A stretch of 124,000 nucleotides of DNA from Wallemia ichthyophaga EXF-994 (lineage: Eukaryota; Fungi; Basidiomycota), in assembly GCF_000400465.1 (NCBI RefSeq), contig NW_008806283.1, positions 20,001 through 144,000 on the forward strand, written 5' to 3'. Made by a program: the position numbers and the translations under genes. Below are positions 102,278 through 116,308 of the stretch, one piece after another; the stretch's first letter is position 1; each line of letters opens with the position of its first letter. The notes under the pieces were generated by a model. That model saw nothing but the letters and a program-made list of their open reading frames with translations. It searched no databases and was not told the origin of the DNA.

Positions 102278-102530
102278 ATTACTCATGGCATGTACACTTG
102301 ATTTATCATGTCATATTACACCCGTGAGTGTCTCAGACTTATCTAGCATTGGCAATATCATTCCCTAGACATCTTTGTCATGCGCTTCGAGCCACATCTT
102401 CTCCGACTTGTCCAGCAACCCAAAGTCGATGAGACGTTTGTCGATTTGAACCTGAGTCCAGCGGTTGTATTACAGCCAGCCTTCTTTTGCGGCCGCCCGA
102501 ACAGCGACGACAACCTCGATGCGCATGCCG
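102278..102530 (-). pseudogene. Inverted partial copy of the aminopeptidase P last exon and 3'UTR
   Basis: Reverse complement aligns by eye to 95460-95730 ([25 protein letters not shown]) with in-frame TAA/TAG and a ~15-nt deletion. Confidence 0.85.
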
Positions 102531-102677
102531 AATCTCTTCGCATTCTCGTGTCCGCTGAATAAACCTACTCGACGCGCTAATACCAGACTAAAAGTGAGAC
102601 TAATAAAATTGAGTAGATATAAAAGTCAAAAACGCTCCTGATATAATACTACAATCAAACACACTTTGAATCTCACA

Positions 102678-103039
102678 ATGATTGCTCAAACTGTCTTCGC
102701 TGCTGCCCTCGTCGCCTCTGTCTCAGCTGGCTGGGAATCCAAGACCGGCTCATGTAACACTGGTAAACTCTCGTGTTGCGATTTGAACAAAAAGGTTCAA
102801 AAGTCAACCGGTGAAGAATCAGGCCTCCTCCACACTGGCGACGTTCTCGACCAAGTCGGTGTTCAATGTACTCAAGTCCCCCTCTTGATCGGAGTTGCTA
102901 TAGAGGGTAAGTAGATGCTCCTGTTTCACAGCACAATTAATAGCCCACAGATGAATGCAAAAACACTCCCACGTGCTGTGAAGACGTCAAGGAAGATGGT
103001 CTCGTTGGTGTCAACTGCACTCCAATCCCTCTCATTTAA
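102678..103039 (+). CDS. Class I hydrophobin
   Basis: Signal peptide; spliced protein has 8 Cys in C-CC-C-C-CC-C pattern (SCNTGKLSCC..QCTQ..DECKNTPTCC..VNCTP); intron GTAAGT..CAG. Confidence 0.92.
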
Positions 103040-104125
103040 TAGGTCGTTTACCTTAATTTGTTTAATTTACCATTAGATAGCAATCAATATGCGTTATTTA
103101 CTTCGATGTCTTGTTATTATTCACTTTAGTGCACCTACGAAAAGCACTACAAATGGTCGATTAATCTGATAATTATAATAGTGCATAGCCCATGGAATAA
103201 TGGCGTTTACGCCACCGAGCCTGCTTTAGCTGCTGTTGCGCAGTTTGTGTTATGCACGGCAAGTGATTTTGAGTTGAAAAATAGATTCGAAGTCCACGGT
103301 TATATTATTTTAATCTCTGAATCTACGAAGCCTCAACCATCTCTCCACAATCATTATCAATTTCCCCCAAATGCACCTGGTAAAGTCGAGCTTCCAGTTT
103401 CCAGAGTTGAGCTGAACCCCAATTTTACACTTCAAAGTGAGAGGAGAGTCAAAAATATCTTAGCTTTTCCTCGGTGCTAGGTTTGAGTCCTGTGGTCCGT
103501 AGACCTTGGAAAGCAGAACACGCGTCTAAAAAGGTGAATACTTGGATATTTGGGCATAAGCGATACCTGTCCGCTCTTTACGCTTATAGACAATGAATTT
103601 GCGCGCAATTTCCTGCGTTTGCTCGGTTTCGTGCTCCATAGTGATGCTGAATCCAACTTGTGCCTTGCCTTAATAGCAATAACAGAACCGAAAAGCTTTG
103701 AATTTTGCAACCTTCTTAAAGCTCGCCCAGAGCTATGATGGAATTCCTTTTATTTGAAGATTTCTTAAAGAGGAATCGCCTATGTTCATCTCAGCCCTTT
103801 GTTGGCCAGTTGAAGATCAAGTTGAGCTGATTTCATCCACTCAAGTCAAGCAGAAATCAATTCATTGAAAATGCTAAACTGAACAAACAACAAACCTATT
103901 TAGAGCACAAATAAATGTCTAATAGGTGATTATAAAAATATACATCTGTAAGTGGAACATAAACTAAATTGCAAGTATTTGCATTTAACGAGTGAGCAAT
104001 TATTATACTAAGAACAGAGTCAGCTATGATACGGCTGCGCATATACCATTACTTACCTAGGTATATACACGAATTAATAAAAACAAGTAACGAGAGTAAT
104101 AAGTCTGGGGTATTAACATACGCGA

Positions 104126-107100
104126 TTAGCGTGGTTGAGATGGCAATGGCGGTGGGGCAAAGTTTACTGGTGGCTGCCAGCTAAGCCAAGCTGGTGGTGG
104201 TGGTTGGGCTGGATCTTTTGGCTTGTCATCCTTTTTGTTGTTCTCTTTGGCAGGTGGTGCACGAGGATTGTAATCAACCTTTGGCGGAGGTGGTGCGCCG
104301 TTGCCCTGCTTTGACTTGATGGCGAATAATTCACTAATTTCGTGTTGAAGGCCTCTCTTTTGTTCTCTGAGATCGCCAATTTCCTTCACCAAGCCTCGTA
104401 CTTCTGGCAACAGTTGCTTCTTAAACTCATCAACAGCTGTATCGATATTTCCTTTCATAGCAGTAGCATTAGACTTTTCGACGCTGCCAACGGTACTTCT
104501 ATGTTGAGATGTGTTATGCAGAATAATATCAGATGCAACGACCTTTAGCAATTTGCTGTTTTCATCATTTTGATGCTCTATCATATCGCGAATGTCCTGT
104601 AAAGTTGGCTTTGAAGAGGCCTGCTTTAGTCTATCTGCTTCAGCGGTCGTAAATGACGTTAATTGCTTGAGCGAATCAGCAATTAACTTGTGGTGTTCAT
104701 TACGCATCTTGTTAACATCTCCCAGCTGAGATTCTAGTTTCGATCTCTCAGCTTCAGCATCCTTTACTTTCTGCTGTAACTCAGCCTTCTCCTTTTCTGC
104801 ATTTTTATTTCTCTCTTCAGAGAGTGCCCTTTCAACAGCAAGTATTTCATTCAGTTTCTGTGAAATTGTGAGTAAAAAGAACGGCTCCCTTTGGAAAATA
104901 CCTACGCTGTGAGCATCATCACGTTCCTTTGATGCAGTGTTTGCCTTATCCTCAAGAGCACCTCTTTCAGCATCGCTCATTCCAGTAGCTGGTGCTTCCT
105001 TGGCAGCCTCCTTTGAAGGCTCACCAGGGAATGCTTTACTGAGGATATCCAAGATAGAATCAATACCAGGATCGCGACGATGTTGACCATTGGTAGCATC
105101 ATTGAGCACATTTTCCACCTTCTGGGCGGCTTCTGGAAGATCAGTAGAGTTTGGATCCGCAGATCCTGCGCCTGGTGTTTGAGGTACATCACTGAGTGCT
105201 CTGGTGGTACCTGCTGGTGAAGGGCCTTTGGTACCTGGTTCAAAAGCAGCGGCTTCGTCAGGAGCTTGTGAAGCATCGCCAAATGTTGATGGATCGCCTC
105301 CAGTGGCGACATCTTGTACCTTGTCGACAGGATCCTCAGAGCCTGGCTCAGTACCAACATTGCCCATGCTCATGGTTTCACCATCTCCAGAACTGTCCTT
105401 TTTGCCCTTCTTGCCTTTACTACCCTTTCCACCTTTTCCGCCATTTCCACCGGAAACTGGAGCAGAGCCATCAGCAGCTGGAATGTCAGCAACTGGTGGA
105501 GCACTGTCATCGCCTGAAGCTTGAGGAGCGTCACTGAACGCATTGTCCTTGGCTGGTGAGCCTAATACTGGATGTACATGGTTATCACCTGGAGCTTGAG
105601 GTGCGTCACTGAGTGCTCTAGTAGTACTCGCTGGTAAGGGGCTTTTGCCGTTCGCGTCAGAGAAACCTGGTGGGATTTCATTCGCGGTGGCTTCTTGTTC
105701 GGCAGGAGCTTCAGCGTCTGGCTCAGTGCCAACTTTACCAATGCTGTTGACCTCATCGCCCTTTTTGCCCTTGCTACCCTTTCCACCTTTTCCACCAGCA
105801 ACTGGAGCAGCGCCATCACTCGCTGGCGTTTCAGAAACTGGTGGGATACTGTCACCACCTGAAGCTTGCGGAGCATCACTTAGCACGTTATCGTGTGCTG
105901 GCGAGCCTAACATAGGAGGGAAATTAGCGTCTTCTGGAGCTTGTGAAGCATCGCCAAGTGCTCTTGTGGAACCTGCTGGTGAAGGGTCTTTGACGTTTGC
106001 GTCAGGATATTCTGCGGTGATTTTGTCTTGTGCTTGGTCAGAAGGAACTGCAGCGTCTGGTTCACTTCCAATATTGCCCATACTCCTGACTTCGCCATCT
106101 CCGGCACTGTCCTTCTTGCCCTTCTTTCCTTTTCCTTTCTTTCCACCTTTACCACCGGCTATTGGAGCAGCGCCATCAGCACCTGGCGTTTCTGCAGCTG
106201 GAGGAACACTTCCATCGCCTGGAGCTTGTGAGACATCACCGAGCACGTTGTCATGGGCTGGCGAACCAAACATGGGAGGGAAACTGTCATTCGCCGAGTC
106301 TTGTGGGGCGACGCCAAGTGCACCGGCAGTATCTCCTGGTGAAGGACCTTTACTTCCTGGTTCAGCAAACTTAACATTTCCAGGTTCTTGTGGAGCATCG
106401 CCAAGCGCTCTAGTAGAGCCTGCAGGTGAGGGTCCCTTACCATTTGAGTTGGAGTCACCTACTAGATTCCCACCAGCAGCGGCTTCTTGTTCAGCAGGAG
106501 GCGCAGGGGGTGCAACGTCTGGCTCACTCCCAACATTGCCCATGCTCCTAGCTTCTCCACCTCCACTACTGTCCTTCTTGCCTTTCTTGCCCTTACTACC
106601 CTTTCCACCTTTTCCACCGGCAAATGGAGCAATTCCATCAGCGTTGCTCCTGGCTGGGGAGCCGAAGACTGGAGATACGCCAGGCTGAAGACTGAGAGGT
106701 ACATCATGTTGTTGATCACCACCCGGAGTAGGCAGACGCGTGATTTCTGCGATTCTTGTTAATCATTGCTACGCTAACAAGCTTTACGTACCATTTCCAG
106801 CAGCATTTTGTGGTTGAGCATCTGAGTTTTGTGGCGCATCACCGAGGGTTCCTGCCTCACCAGCATGATTTCCCGTGGGAGATTGAGAGCTATTAGGCTG
106901 AGAAGCATCACCGACGAATGGCGGATCAGCTGGTGTTTCAGCTTGAGGAGCGATACCTCTATCAGACTGTGGAGGAGCTTCACTAGCTGCTTTCCCAGGT
107001 TGAGGAACATCACTGCCGACCGAAGCATCGTTTGCGGCAGTGCTTGGAGGAACAGTGCTTGGAGGGGCGGCACTACCAGGAGCATTACTAGAACCCTTAC

Positions 107101-110100
107101 CAGACTGAGGAGCATTGCTGCCACCTTTTACAGATCTGCTGCCACCCTTGCTAGATCCAGGCGCCTTACCGGCAGGTTTCCCGGGCGGTGGAGCATTGCT
107201 GCCGAGTTCAGTTGGCGCAGAAGAAAACCCTACTTTTCTGTCCTGGGGAATACCAGATTCAGGACCATCTTCGAGCTCTACACCCTGGCCGACAGGGGAT
107301 GGGACGTGGCTTGGAGCCCCATGGTTAGGCCCGACATTGCTAGCTGAGTGAGAAGGAGCAATACCATCCGGAGCCTGGCTGCCAGGGTCAGCTGGCCCGG
107401 AGCCAAGGTTTCTATCTGAGGGAGGAGCACCACCGAGTTCACCATCCTGGCGGTAAGGTGATCCAGCGTAACTTGGAGCGGCATGACTTGGAGCATGACT
107501 TGGAGGAACGTTGCTATCCGCATGAGTTGGTGCTTGCTCCTGTGGTGGATATTCATTTGTATCAGCACCTAAGGTAGCTTCACCTGGAGGCGGTGATCCG
107601 GCTTGAGTGCCAGCGTGACTACCAACGCCGTGACTTGCCGGTGGCTTCTGAGGCGAACCTCTACCTTTGCCTTTTCCTAGAAGCTTGTTGAGTCCTGGAA
107701 TCTCCTCTGAGAATGGCTTATTAGATCTAAGAGCTGCGAATGGTGGTCCCTTCTCTCCTGAATTTTCTTTACCTTCAGGCCTGCCTCCAGTGGATCTGAC
107801 AGCTCCGTCATCAGGAAGCACTGCACCTACTTCGCCTTCAGGTTTGCCTCCCATGGATCTGGCATCACCTTCATCAGGAAGCACTGCACCTTCTCCTTCC
107901 GGATTCATGCCTTGGGGTTTCCCATCTACAGATCTAGGACCACCCTCATCAGGAAGTGACGCACCTTGATCGTGTTGACCGTGTTCAGATGGCAATTGCG
108001 ATCCAGTCGCCTCATTCTTATGCAATCCTCGCATCGTATCGGCAGGGGGGGTAAATGAGGAACAATATCAGCAAGATCTGGATCTTCCTCACCAGCGTTA
108101 GAAGGGTCTCCCATTCCACGAGAGCCGCCTGATGGATCGGCCATACCACGAGATTCGCCCGATGGGTCAGGCATACCACGAGAACCGCCTGACGGATCAC
108201 CCATTGAGTGAGGCTCTTGGCCATTAGTAGGTGTAATACCACGAGATGCTCCGGAAGGACCGGGCATAGTATGAGGGTCGGCCGCGGTCGACGGCGCCAA
108301 TCCGCGACTGTCACCAGGTGGAATACCCCTCGAGCTATTAACTGAATCGCGAACATCGCGCAGTACTACCTCCATCTCCTTGATTTGGCGCTGAACAGGA
108401 CCCCACTCGTTGATCTTGGCTGACACCTCTCTCTCGAGCCAATTGTTGAGTGCCCTGTGGCGTTGTCAGACAAGAGGTAATGAGATAATCGACAATTGGA
108501 CTTACCCCAGATATCTATCTGCATCCATCTGGTGTCTCAGAATCTCTTCCGTATTCCATCCAGCTCTTCTTGTATTGTACAGCGTTTCGTTGACTGAATG
108601 TGAATAATTAGATAAAGGCTGCATTCCAGAATAATCACTCACAGCCTGGATGGAAATCAGAGCCGAATCGGAGAGGTATACCCATCCCTCCAGGTGGGAC
108701 ACCCGGCGGAGGCATTTGCATAGGTCTTGCAAATGAACCGCCTCTCATGCCATCCATCATAGGAGAAGGCCTGAACGTGGGATTAGGTCTGAACGTGGGG
108801 TTGTTTCTCATTGGGGCTGATCCATTCATTGGCATAGGACCAGCACCATGCATTGGGCCTGCGCCCATACCAGCAGGTCTCATCAGTGGTGGACGATATG
108901 GTGCACCACCCATCTGCGGAGGAAGCATTGGAGGATGGAATCCCCTCAAATTGTTCGCAGCTGGTCTGACGAATCCGTTAAAGTTAGGTGGCGGTCTAAA
109001 CCCGCCTCTGACATTGTATGGCATAGGCATGGCCATATGAGGTCCTCTCATCATTGGCGGTCGGCCTGGCATTGGCATAGCCATTCCATTGGGTCTGATA
109101 GGCGGAGGTCTGTTGAGACGTTCGAGAGGAGGTTTGAAATCGTGAGTATTGCTTTCCTTCTCAGTCCGTGGATATCCGCCTTCATTAACTTGTATTCTTG
109201 GTGTTGGCTGACGCTCTGGAACTGGATCTGGCACTGGTTTCTGCAATGTCTCTCGTGGTAGCTCTTCAAGGTATCCCTGTTCGAGCGGTGGGCCAGGTTC
109301 TGGATCGTAGACATCGGGGTACATGACATCGTCGTACTCCTCATCCGCCGTTTCAGTAGAAACACTTGAGAGCGACTTGGCAGGTGGTGACTCAGACCTC
109401 GCCCACCGTCTGCGCGAAGTGAAGTCCCTCTCGGCTCTTGACAAGTGAGGAACCTCAGGCTCCGAATATTCGTGAGATGCGTATATAGGCGGAGTTGGGA
109501 GGGGTCCCATTAGATCCCTCATGGATATTGAGTCATGCGGGTACATGTCATCCACGCTAGGCTGAACCTGCTCGACAGCCGGTTTTTGCGTTACTGTCGA
109601 GCTAGATGCTCCATCATCCAGCTCCGCATCTAAATCAGCACTTAGTTCCTCTCCATCGTCGTCAAACGGATGTTCTGACATCATGTCTGGCCAGCTGGAT
109701 ATACTTGAAGCACCACCCTTAGTGAAGTGTCCTTTAAAAGGAGTAAGTAAGGCTGACTTAGGAGAGATTTTTACCCACTGATTAAATTTCTGACAAGATT
109801 CTCCAATCTTAACATATGAGCGTTGTTTCGCTCCTCGTTGGCATCTCTGATACGCTTATCACTCCCAGTAGAATCGAGAGCATCGCGGCAGACATCAATG
109901 AGTCCATTTACCTTATTCTCCAAATCGTGAATAGGCTTGTCATCATGTACTGGCGGTGGAGGGATGTATGACATACTTGACTTCTTCCTCACATCGCGAA
110001 GAAGATCACCGGACCTGTTATCAAAGCTTTCGGGTTTAGGCTCAGACGGGAGATCAGGCACTGATTGATTATCCGTAAGCTTGCCCTCGGTTGTGACAGA

Positions 110101-113100
110101 AATGTCACCACTGCCCCTTCTCCTAAACGGAAGTACTCTGATTGCGTCAGCTAAGCCACCGAGCTCCTTTTGGATAGCATTAAGGATATCGTCAGTATTG
110201 TTAGTCCTACCCGATTCTCTGGCTAGCAACGCATTGAATAGCTTCTGGAGCTCAGACGTGAGGAAATTTTTATCCAACTCTCCGTGAACCATATCTTGAG
110301 TGATAGTTTTCGCATCACTGCTTCTATCTAATGGGATTGAGGTACCCTCGGATGATTCTGAAATAATCGTCGGCGCCAAAAACTTCGAATCGATCGTTGA
110401 GGAGCGCGACACAGTTGATACAGTCGTTGGAGCTTTCCTGCTAACCAAAGACGACACTCTTGACGGAGGCCACACCGATTCAGGTGAAGCTGTGCGCGAT
110501 GGAGCTAACAAATCCATGTCAAAGTCGTCTTCCTCGTCCTCAAACTCTCCACTCTCACTAGCAGCGTCAACACCAGCGCTCTGCTCGGGTGGAGGTACAT
110601 CTGAGCGTGCCTTGAACGAGCTCTTCTGAGACCTGCTTCTGGAGGGCTTCGTTGATGATTTCTTGGAAGACGACACGGATGGAGTTTTTCTTTCAGTTGT
110701 GTTGGGTTCAGTGGTGTTGGTTGGGATATGAGCTGATGCTGATGGGGAGCTGCTCGTGTGAGGCGAAGGTTGAGTTGTCGGTGGTGCTTGTGTAGCTGTA
110801 CTCGTCACGACAGGGGTGTTGGAACTAGGTGAGTTAGTTTGAGCAGTGTGGTACTCTGTCGACATAGTTTTTTCTTTGCTCTGAATTTTTGAGGAACGGT
110901 TAGATGAAGCGTTGCTGACCACCTTTTTCATTCCACTTCGTCTGCTCAAAGGCAGACTCCTCTCAGTTGGAGTGCTGTTTTGCTCAGGTGTGCCACTCTT
111001 GCTCTTGCTGATCAATTCGGTCAAAGCATCTTTCAATTCCTGATCCTCAGAACTGTCACCTAGCGCATCAACTAACTGAGCTAGAGACTTATGCGATGTG
111101 GACAGTCTCTCAGCTCTCTTCACCGTCGAAGGATTGGATGACTTTCTCGACAACGACCTTAGCAGCTCATTGGTGCTTGCGCCATTTTCTGCAGTTTCTC
111201 TTGTATCAATTTGGGATGGTTGCTGGGATTGAGAGGGGTAGGAAGAAGGGAGGGAGCGCATTAAGTCAGTGGTGTTTTGAGCGTGGGTGTCTTGAGGGTC
111301 TTGAGTGTGATAAGTATCATGCGTACTCTGTGCACCCATTTCAGGAGTATTTTGAATAGATATTGCAGAATGAGTGCGAGAATGGGATCTAGATTTCCCT
111401 GAATGGTTTGACTTGGGTGTTGTTGCAGTTTCGGGTTGCTGAGGAGAGGGTGTATCCTGATTCTCTCGCTCAATCTCAGTCTCCACAAGCTCTTTCTCCT
111501 TCTCCTTTTCTAACTCCTCCACCTTCTCCACCTTTTGAGGCACACTATTTGCCGACTTTGTCTTTGAATCTAATCCTGATCCTGAACCTAATCCTGAAGC
111601 TGAAGCTGATTGAGTCTCGACATCCTCCTCATCGGCATCTTCAGCCAGCTGACCGAGCTTGGGCGACCTGAGCATTCTCTCTGTGCTAGCGCCAATGCTC
111701 TTAGCGTCGCTCTTCTTCGATGCGGACAGGATAGTTGAAGTTGAGCTAGACGACGATCCACCACTACCGCCTCCGCTCCCACTCGCGCTGTCATCAGATG
111801 ACCTTCCCGACATTTTCCTGCGCCCGCCTCTTCTGTGTGCCCTAACGGACACAGACGGAGGGAAAATGATATCGTCAGCCTCGCTGTCATTTGCACTTCC
111901 GTCTCGAGTGTCTCGCGTGTCTCGCGAGTCCCACGTATCTGAAAGGATGCCCAATCCGCGCACAGTGTCTGAGGTGGACGTACCGGCGACCAACCCAATA
112001 GACGAATCATCAAGACTCTCCCTCTTCTTTTTCGACGTCGACGACCTGCCTCTACTTCTGCTCTTCTGGATGCTGCTGTTCGACTGCTGTTCTGAGTCGC
112101 TAGCTGTAGGTTCAGGAGCGCCAAAATCCTCAGACCTGACGTTAAAAGCGGACACCGAGCCAGCGTTGGAATTGGATGGTGATACCGGTCTCCTGACTAT
112201 AGGTGTGCCAGTGAGGGTGGTTTGACCGGGCAAGAGGGGCGAGTTTCTCGATGTGGCAGATGTGGCGGACGAAGCAGATGTCGAGGCAATCGAAGGCGCT
112301 CTAACAAGCATCCTGGTCTGGGGAGTCTGTATGGGTCTGATGACATCCCAGAATGCACCGACCCATTGTACACGCTCACGGGCGCTATCTGTAGCCAACC
112401 TCTCCCAGCCATCTTGATAGACGAGAACGAAGGGATTAAGGACACCCTCTAAACCACCCTGCTCGCGTGCGGCCACTAAACCGAGATCCAACTTGTGCGA
112501 TGCGGGGTTAGAAGGACTTGCGACGGAGCGGACTTCTGAGCAATGGTTGAGGTCAAGGGTGACAATCTGACGCTGTAGTCTAAAGCTGGACAAGTCAGGT
112601 GATGGTAGGAATGAAAGTTTGAGGGTCGTTGGTAGAAGCGCGGCTCTAGCACGTACCCATCGATAGGGAGTGCCGTCGTGTACGTGAAGATACCAGAGAG
112701 TGCCAGCACGAGCAATCTAGAGAGGAGATTTAGAATGTCTCAGGTAAAATTAAAATGAAAGAGAAAAAGCAAAACTTACCTGTTCAGTGATATCATCGAA
112801 GCTGGACAAGTCTATTGGAGAAGTGGGGCGCTGGGAGGTCATAGGAGTTTTATGTGAGGAAAGAGGGGTGGAGAAATCCGTTGGGGTCGACGAGCTGATC
112901 AAAGTTTCCCAGCCGTCGGTGAGACTTTCGTGGTGGGTGGGTGAGGGTAAAGATGGTAGAGAAGGCTGAATCTGAGTCTGTTTGCGTGGACGTGGTTTAT
113001 TATCGTCCTTGTTTCTGTTGAGGTTGATGGGGCGCTTTGTTTGAATGACTTTGCTGATTGGAGGAGAGGTGCTATGCTCAGGTCTCTGCTGAGGTCTCTG

Positions 113101-113685
113101 CTCAGATTTCTGCTCAGATTTCTGCTCAGATTTCTGCTCAGGCTTCTGCTCCTCCTTCTCCTTGCCGCTTTCGAAAAAGGCAATGAGGTTACCAGCCCTG
113201 CTGCTAATTTCAGAGTTGGCAGAGTTGGAAGCAGAATTGCTCCTTGAGTGGGAAGACTGCTGATCGAAAGTGATGAAGGGGGAATCACTGAACGCTGGTG
113301 TATCGAGCCGTGCCGAGTACTGCGAGGGGATCGACGGGATAGAGCTAGGCTGACCAGATGAGCGAACAGAAGCACTTCTAGAGGCGCTCGATATGGTTGG
113401 GATGTGCTGCGAGCTCGATGGTGGCTGTGAATTGCCGTCTCTACTCGATGGCGATGGAGAACTGAGCGTTTCAGCGTCGTCGATTGATTTGATATCGGGG
113501 GTAAAGCGGGGTAGATCGTCATTAGCGGATGAAGCTCTGCTCCTGTTACTCCCAGCCCCAGTACGGCTATGGCTGTGGCTATGGCTGTGACTGTTGCTCT
113601 GACTCGACGTTGTCGCCGGCTCAGACTCCTCGCCAATCACAGACAAGACGTGGGGAACGTACGGCTGTGATGACTGGCTCGACAT
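104126..113685 (-). CDS. Very large multi-exon PH-domain, Pro/Gly-repeat and coiled-coil protein of unknown function
   Basis: Co-linear ORFs 112750-113685, 109771-112593, 108635-109684, 107926-108426, 106784-108034, 104126-106543 separated by intron-like gaps; PH-like ERLATDSARERVQWVGAFW; C-terminal LVKEIGDLREQKRGLQHEISELF coiled coil. Confidence 0.65.
105340..106700 (-). repeat. Intragenic imperfect tandem repeats (~4 units)
   Basis: Recurring GGKGGKG(K)KGKKD..MGN(V/I)G(S/T)EPD..P(S)PAG(S/T)TRAL(G/S)DA.QA blocks, also visible at the DNA level. Confidence 0.8.
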
Positions 113686-114226
113686 TAGCTCTCTTTATGC
113701 CCGCGTCAGCTGTTATCGACATATAAAAACTCCACTCACAGCTGCTCAAGCACTGCAGCCTCCTCTGGCCGTAGATCTTCATCTTGATCTACTGACATTG
113801 TCTTTCTTTTTTGTTTCTTTTTTTTCCTCGTGGTTGTCGTTATGCAACCGTAAATGCCGTGATGATCAGGCATCTTTTTAAATATCTAAATTCGTAATTA
113901 AATCAATTGACACTATATTCACGCGTTTCTACATCTAGATCCCCTTTTGGCCCCTCCTCATCACGCGTTTTCCCTTCCGCCCCTGTTCACTCACCTTCTA
114001 CTCCACTTTAGGTTCAAAAATTTTCGGAAAAGTTTTGTGTGGGGTGCGGAATATATTTGTGTGGAACATGTTTCAAAGGTGTGCTGTGCAAGACATGCTT
114101 ATTTTTCGCGTTTAAATACCTTTAAATCAACTTTAAGTGCGTTTGTGACGTGACTTTATGCACGGTAATGCACGGTGGCGTGAGTTAATGTGATACCATG
114201 TGATTTAAAAGCCTATAGAGTGTATA

Positions 114227-116289
114227 TCATCTGCAATATGTCAAACTTGTACACACGAATATTTTACTTAAGATTATTTTGTTGAGTTGCTGATCAAACA
114301 ACGGTACATTTCTATAACCTAAGAAGGGAAGTGTAATAGTTAGCAGCGTCACAACCACACACACTCCACAAACCCACCTAATTGCATCTGTGCGAGTGTA
114401 ATGGCGTAGCTAGCCACAGCCTCCTCATGCTGACTGCTAAGCACATCAAACTTGACGACGACAAGGTCTATCATGTTCCCTCTAACATTAACGTCGAAAC
114501 TGAGTGTTTCATTCCATGTAGGGTTTCCTTCCACCTGCCCATGCGATTGCAAATTTGCCGTGCTGGTGAAGCGTTTAAGACAAGTGTCATTATTGAAGGA
114601 ACGCGGTGTGTGCACCTCTACCGCCACTTTATTCACATTCTTCGACACTTGCTGCGCGCATATCACCTTAATGGAAAGACGCACCAGCCCCTTCAATTCC
114701 ACCATCCTCTTCTCCTCCTTGTTGCGCAAAGGTGATGGTTTCAACACATACCCGCCTGTATCATTGAACAAGGCGAAATTCAACCACATGGCCAAGTCCA
114801 CCGTCTGGTAATTGAGCGCTAACAGTTGCGATCCTACCGCCCAATAATCTAATACATCAAAATTAGTACTCTTCACTCTTGCTCCGTGTGGGTATATCCT
114901 TGTGAGATGATTGCGGTTGTGCTTCATAAACTCCCCACTACTCGCGTTTATCAGCTTCCGCGCTGATCTGTCAGACAAACTGAACATATGCTCTATTTCG
115001 TAATGCTCTTTCTTGTTGAAGCCTCGAAACTTTACACCCACTGTGTAGATTAGCAGATCGAGTAATTTCTGTGACATTTTAGTGTTATTTGTGTTAACTG
115101 CGTTATCCGTGTTATTCGTGCTCGTCGTCGAGTTGAGATTCCCAAATGAGTCGACAAGTGTGGGCGAGGTGGATGCAGTTGAAGATCTGTCAGATGAAGA
115201 TGCAGTGCTTCTTCGTCGTGTGACTTTCTGTATAAAGTTGCTCAACTTGCTCTTTTCAATGTCAGAGCTTGATGAGTGGGAGTGAGAGTGGGAGTAATCG
115301 GATGAGTTTGAGTTAAGTGCAACGTCAAAGCCATCCACCTTACTTGCCGCACTACTCCCACTTGCACTGGTTATGTGCAGGTTTTTAGTCTTGAATAGAA
115401 TCTTGTAGCGTAGTTGGTGTGGAGACGGTAGAATGTCTCTATCGTGTTGTAGCCTCTGAGTGATTAGCAAGTCACCGAGAATATCCACAAACAACCCAGC
115501 CATTCTATCTTGCTGTGCTAGATCACAGTGGTTCTCCACAGATAAAATCAAAGGCAGATTAGAAGAAATAAAGGCGAAAGTGTTGATTGTGGTGAGTATG
115601 TCGATTAGGGGGATGGGTTGGGTGAGAGTATGGCCGTGGTAGACAATAGGCCAACCATCGTCACCATTCCAAACGTCAATTTCTACACTTCTACAGCCCA
115701 GTAAGAGTGAGCGTATGTAGCCGATAGTGGTGGAAGAGCCAGCAAGTTGATTACCAAAGAGGTATGTGTTATGGGAAGCGCTAATGTAATAATTATAGAG
115801 TGGTTCATTTTCTGTGGTATTTTGTGGTTTTTGCAATGAATTCTCATTGGATTGAAGGTATCGATTGAATTGGAGTGTATTGAGTTGTGAAGGGGTGGAA
115901 TTGCATACGAAATCTTGCTGAGTGTGTTTTACAAACTCCTTGAAGTCATTTGGAGTGGATATTGGCAGGTAAGATGTATTATGAGTGCTGGTGCTGCTGC
116001 TAGAGTGTTTATCACCGGTAAACTCGCTGTGAAGGAGAATGAGATGCTTTATAAATGATTGATTCCCCCCTTGTAAATCAAACAAATCTAACTTTTTAAA
116101 TTTATTTGTCTTTGAGCTATTAAAGTAGATTGATAGGTGTGATCCATTTGAGTCGATGTAGACAATATCACTGAGTGGAATCAAACCCTCTTTCTTTGAA
116201 TTATATAGCAATCTCCGATCAGACAGTACAAATTCCTTTAATTTCACTTTTTTATTCGTTATTTTCATTAATTTCGCTTTGGAATCCAT
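114227..116289 (-). CDS. PLC1: Phosphoinositide-specific phospholipase C
   Basis: X box YYISASHNTYL..GCRSVEIDVW..HGHTLT, Y box NRNHLTRIYPHG..NFD..QLLALNYQ, C2 domain, last exon GYRNVPL; first in-frame ATG 116289. Confidence 0.92.
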
Positions 116290-116308
116290 AGCTCTGGTGG
116301 CTTGGGAA

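Noticed and set aside
103100-104000. ORF fragments downstream of the hydrophobin
   Set aside because: Short, stop-interrupted and without recognisable motifs
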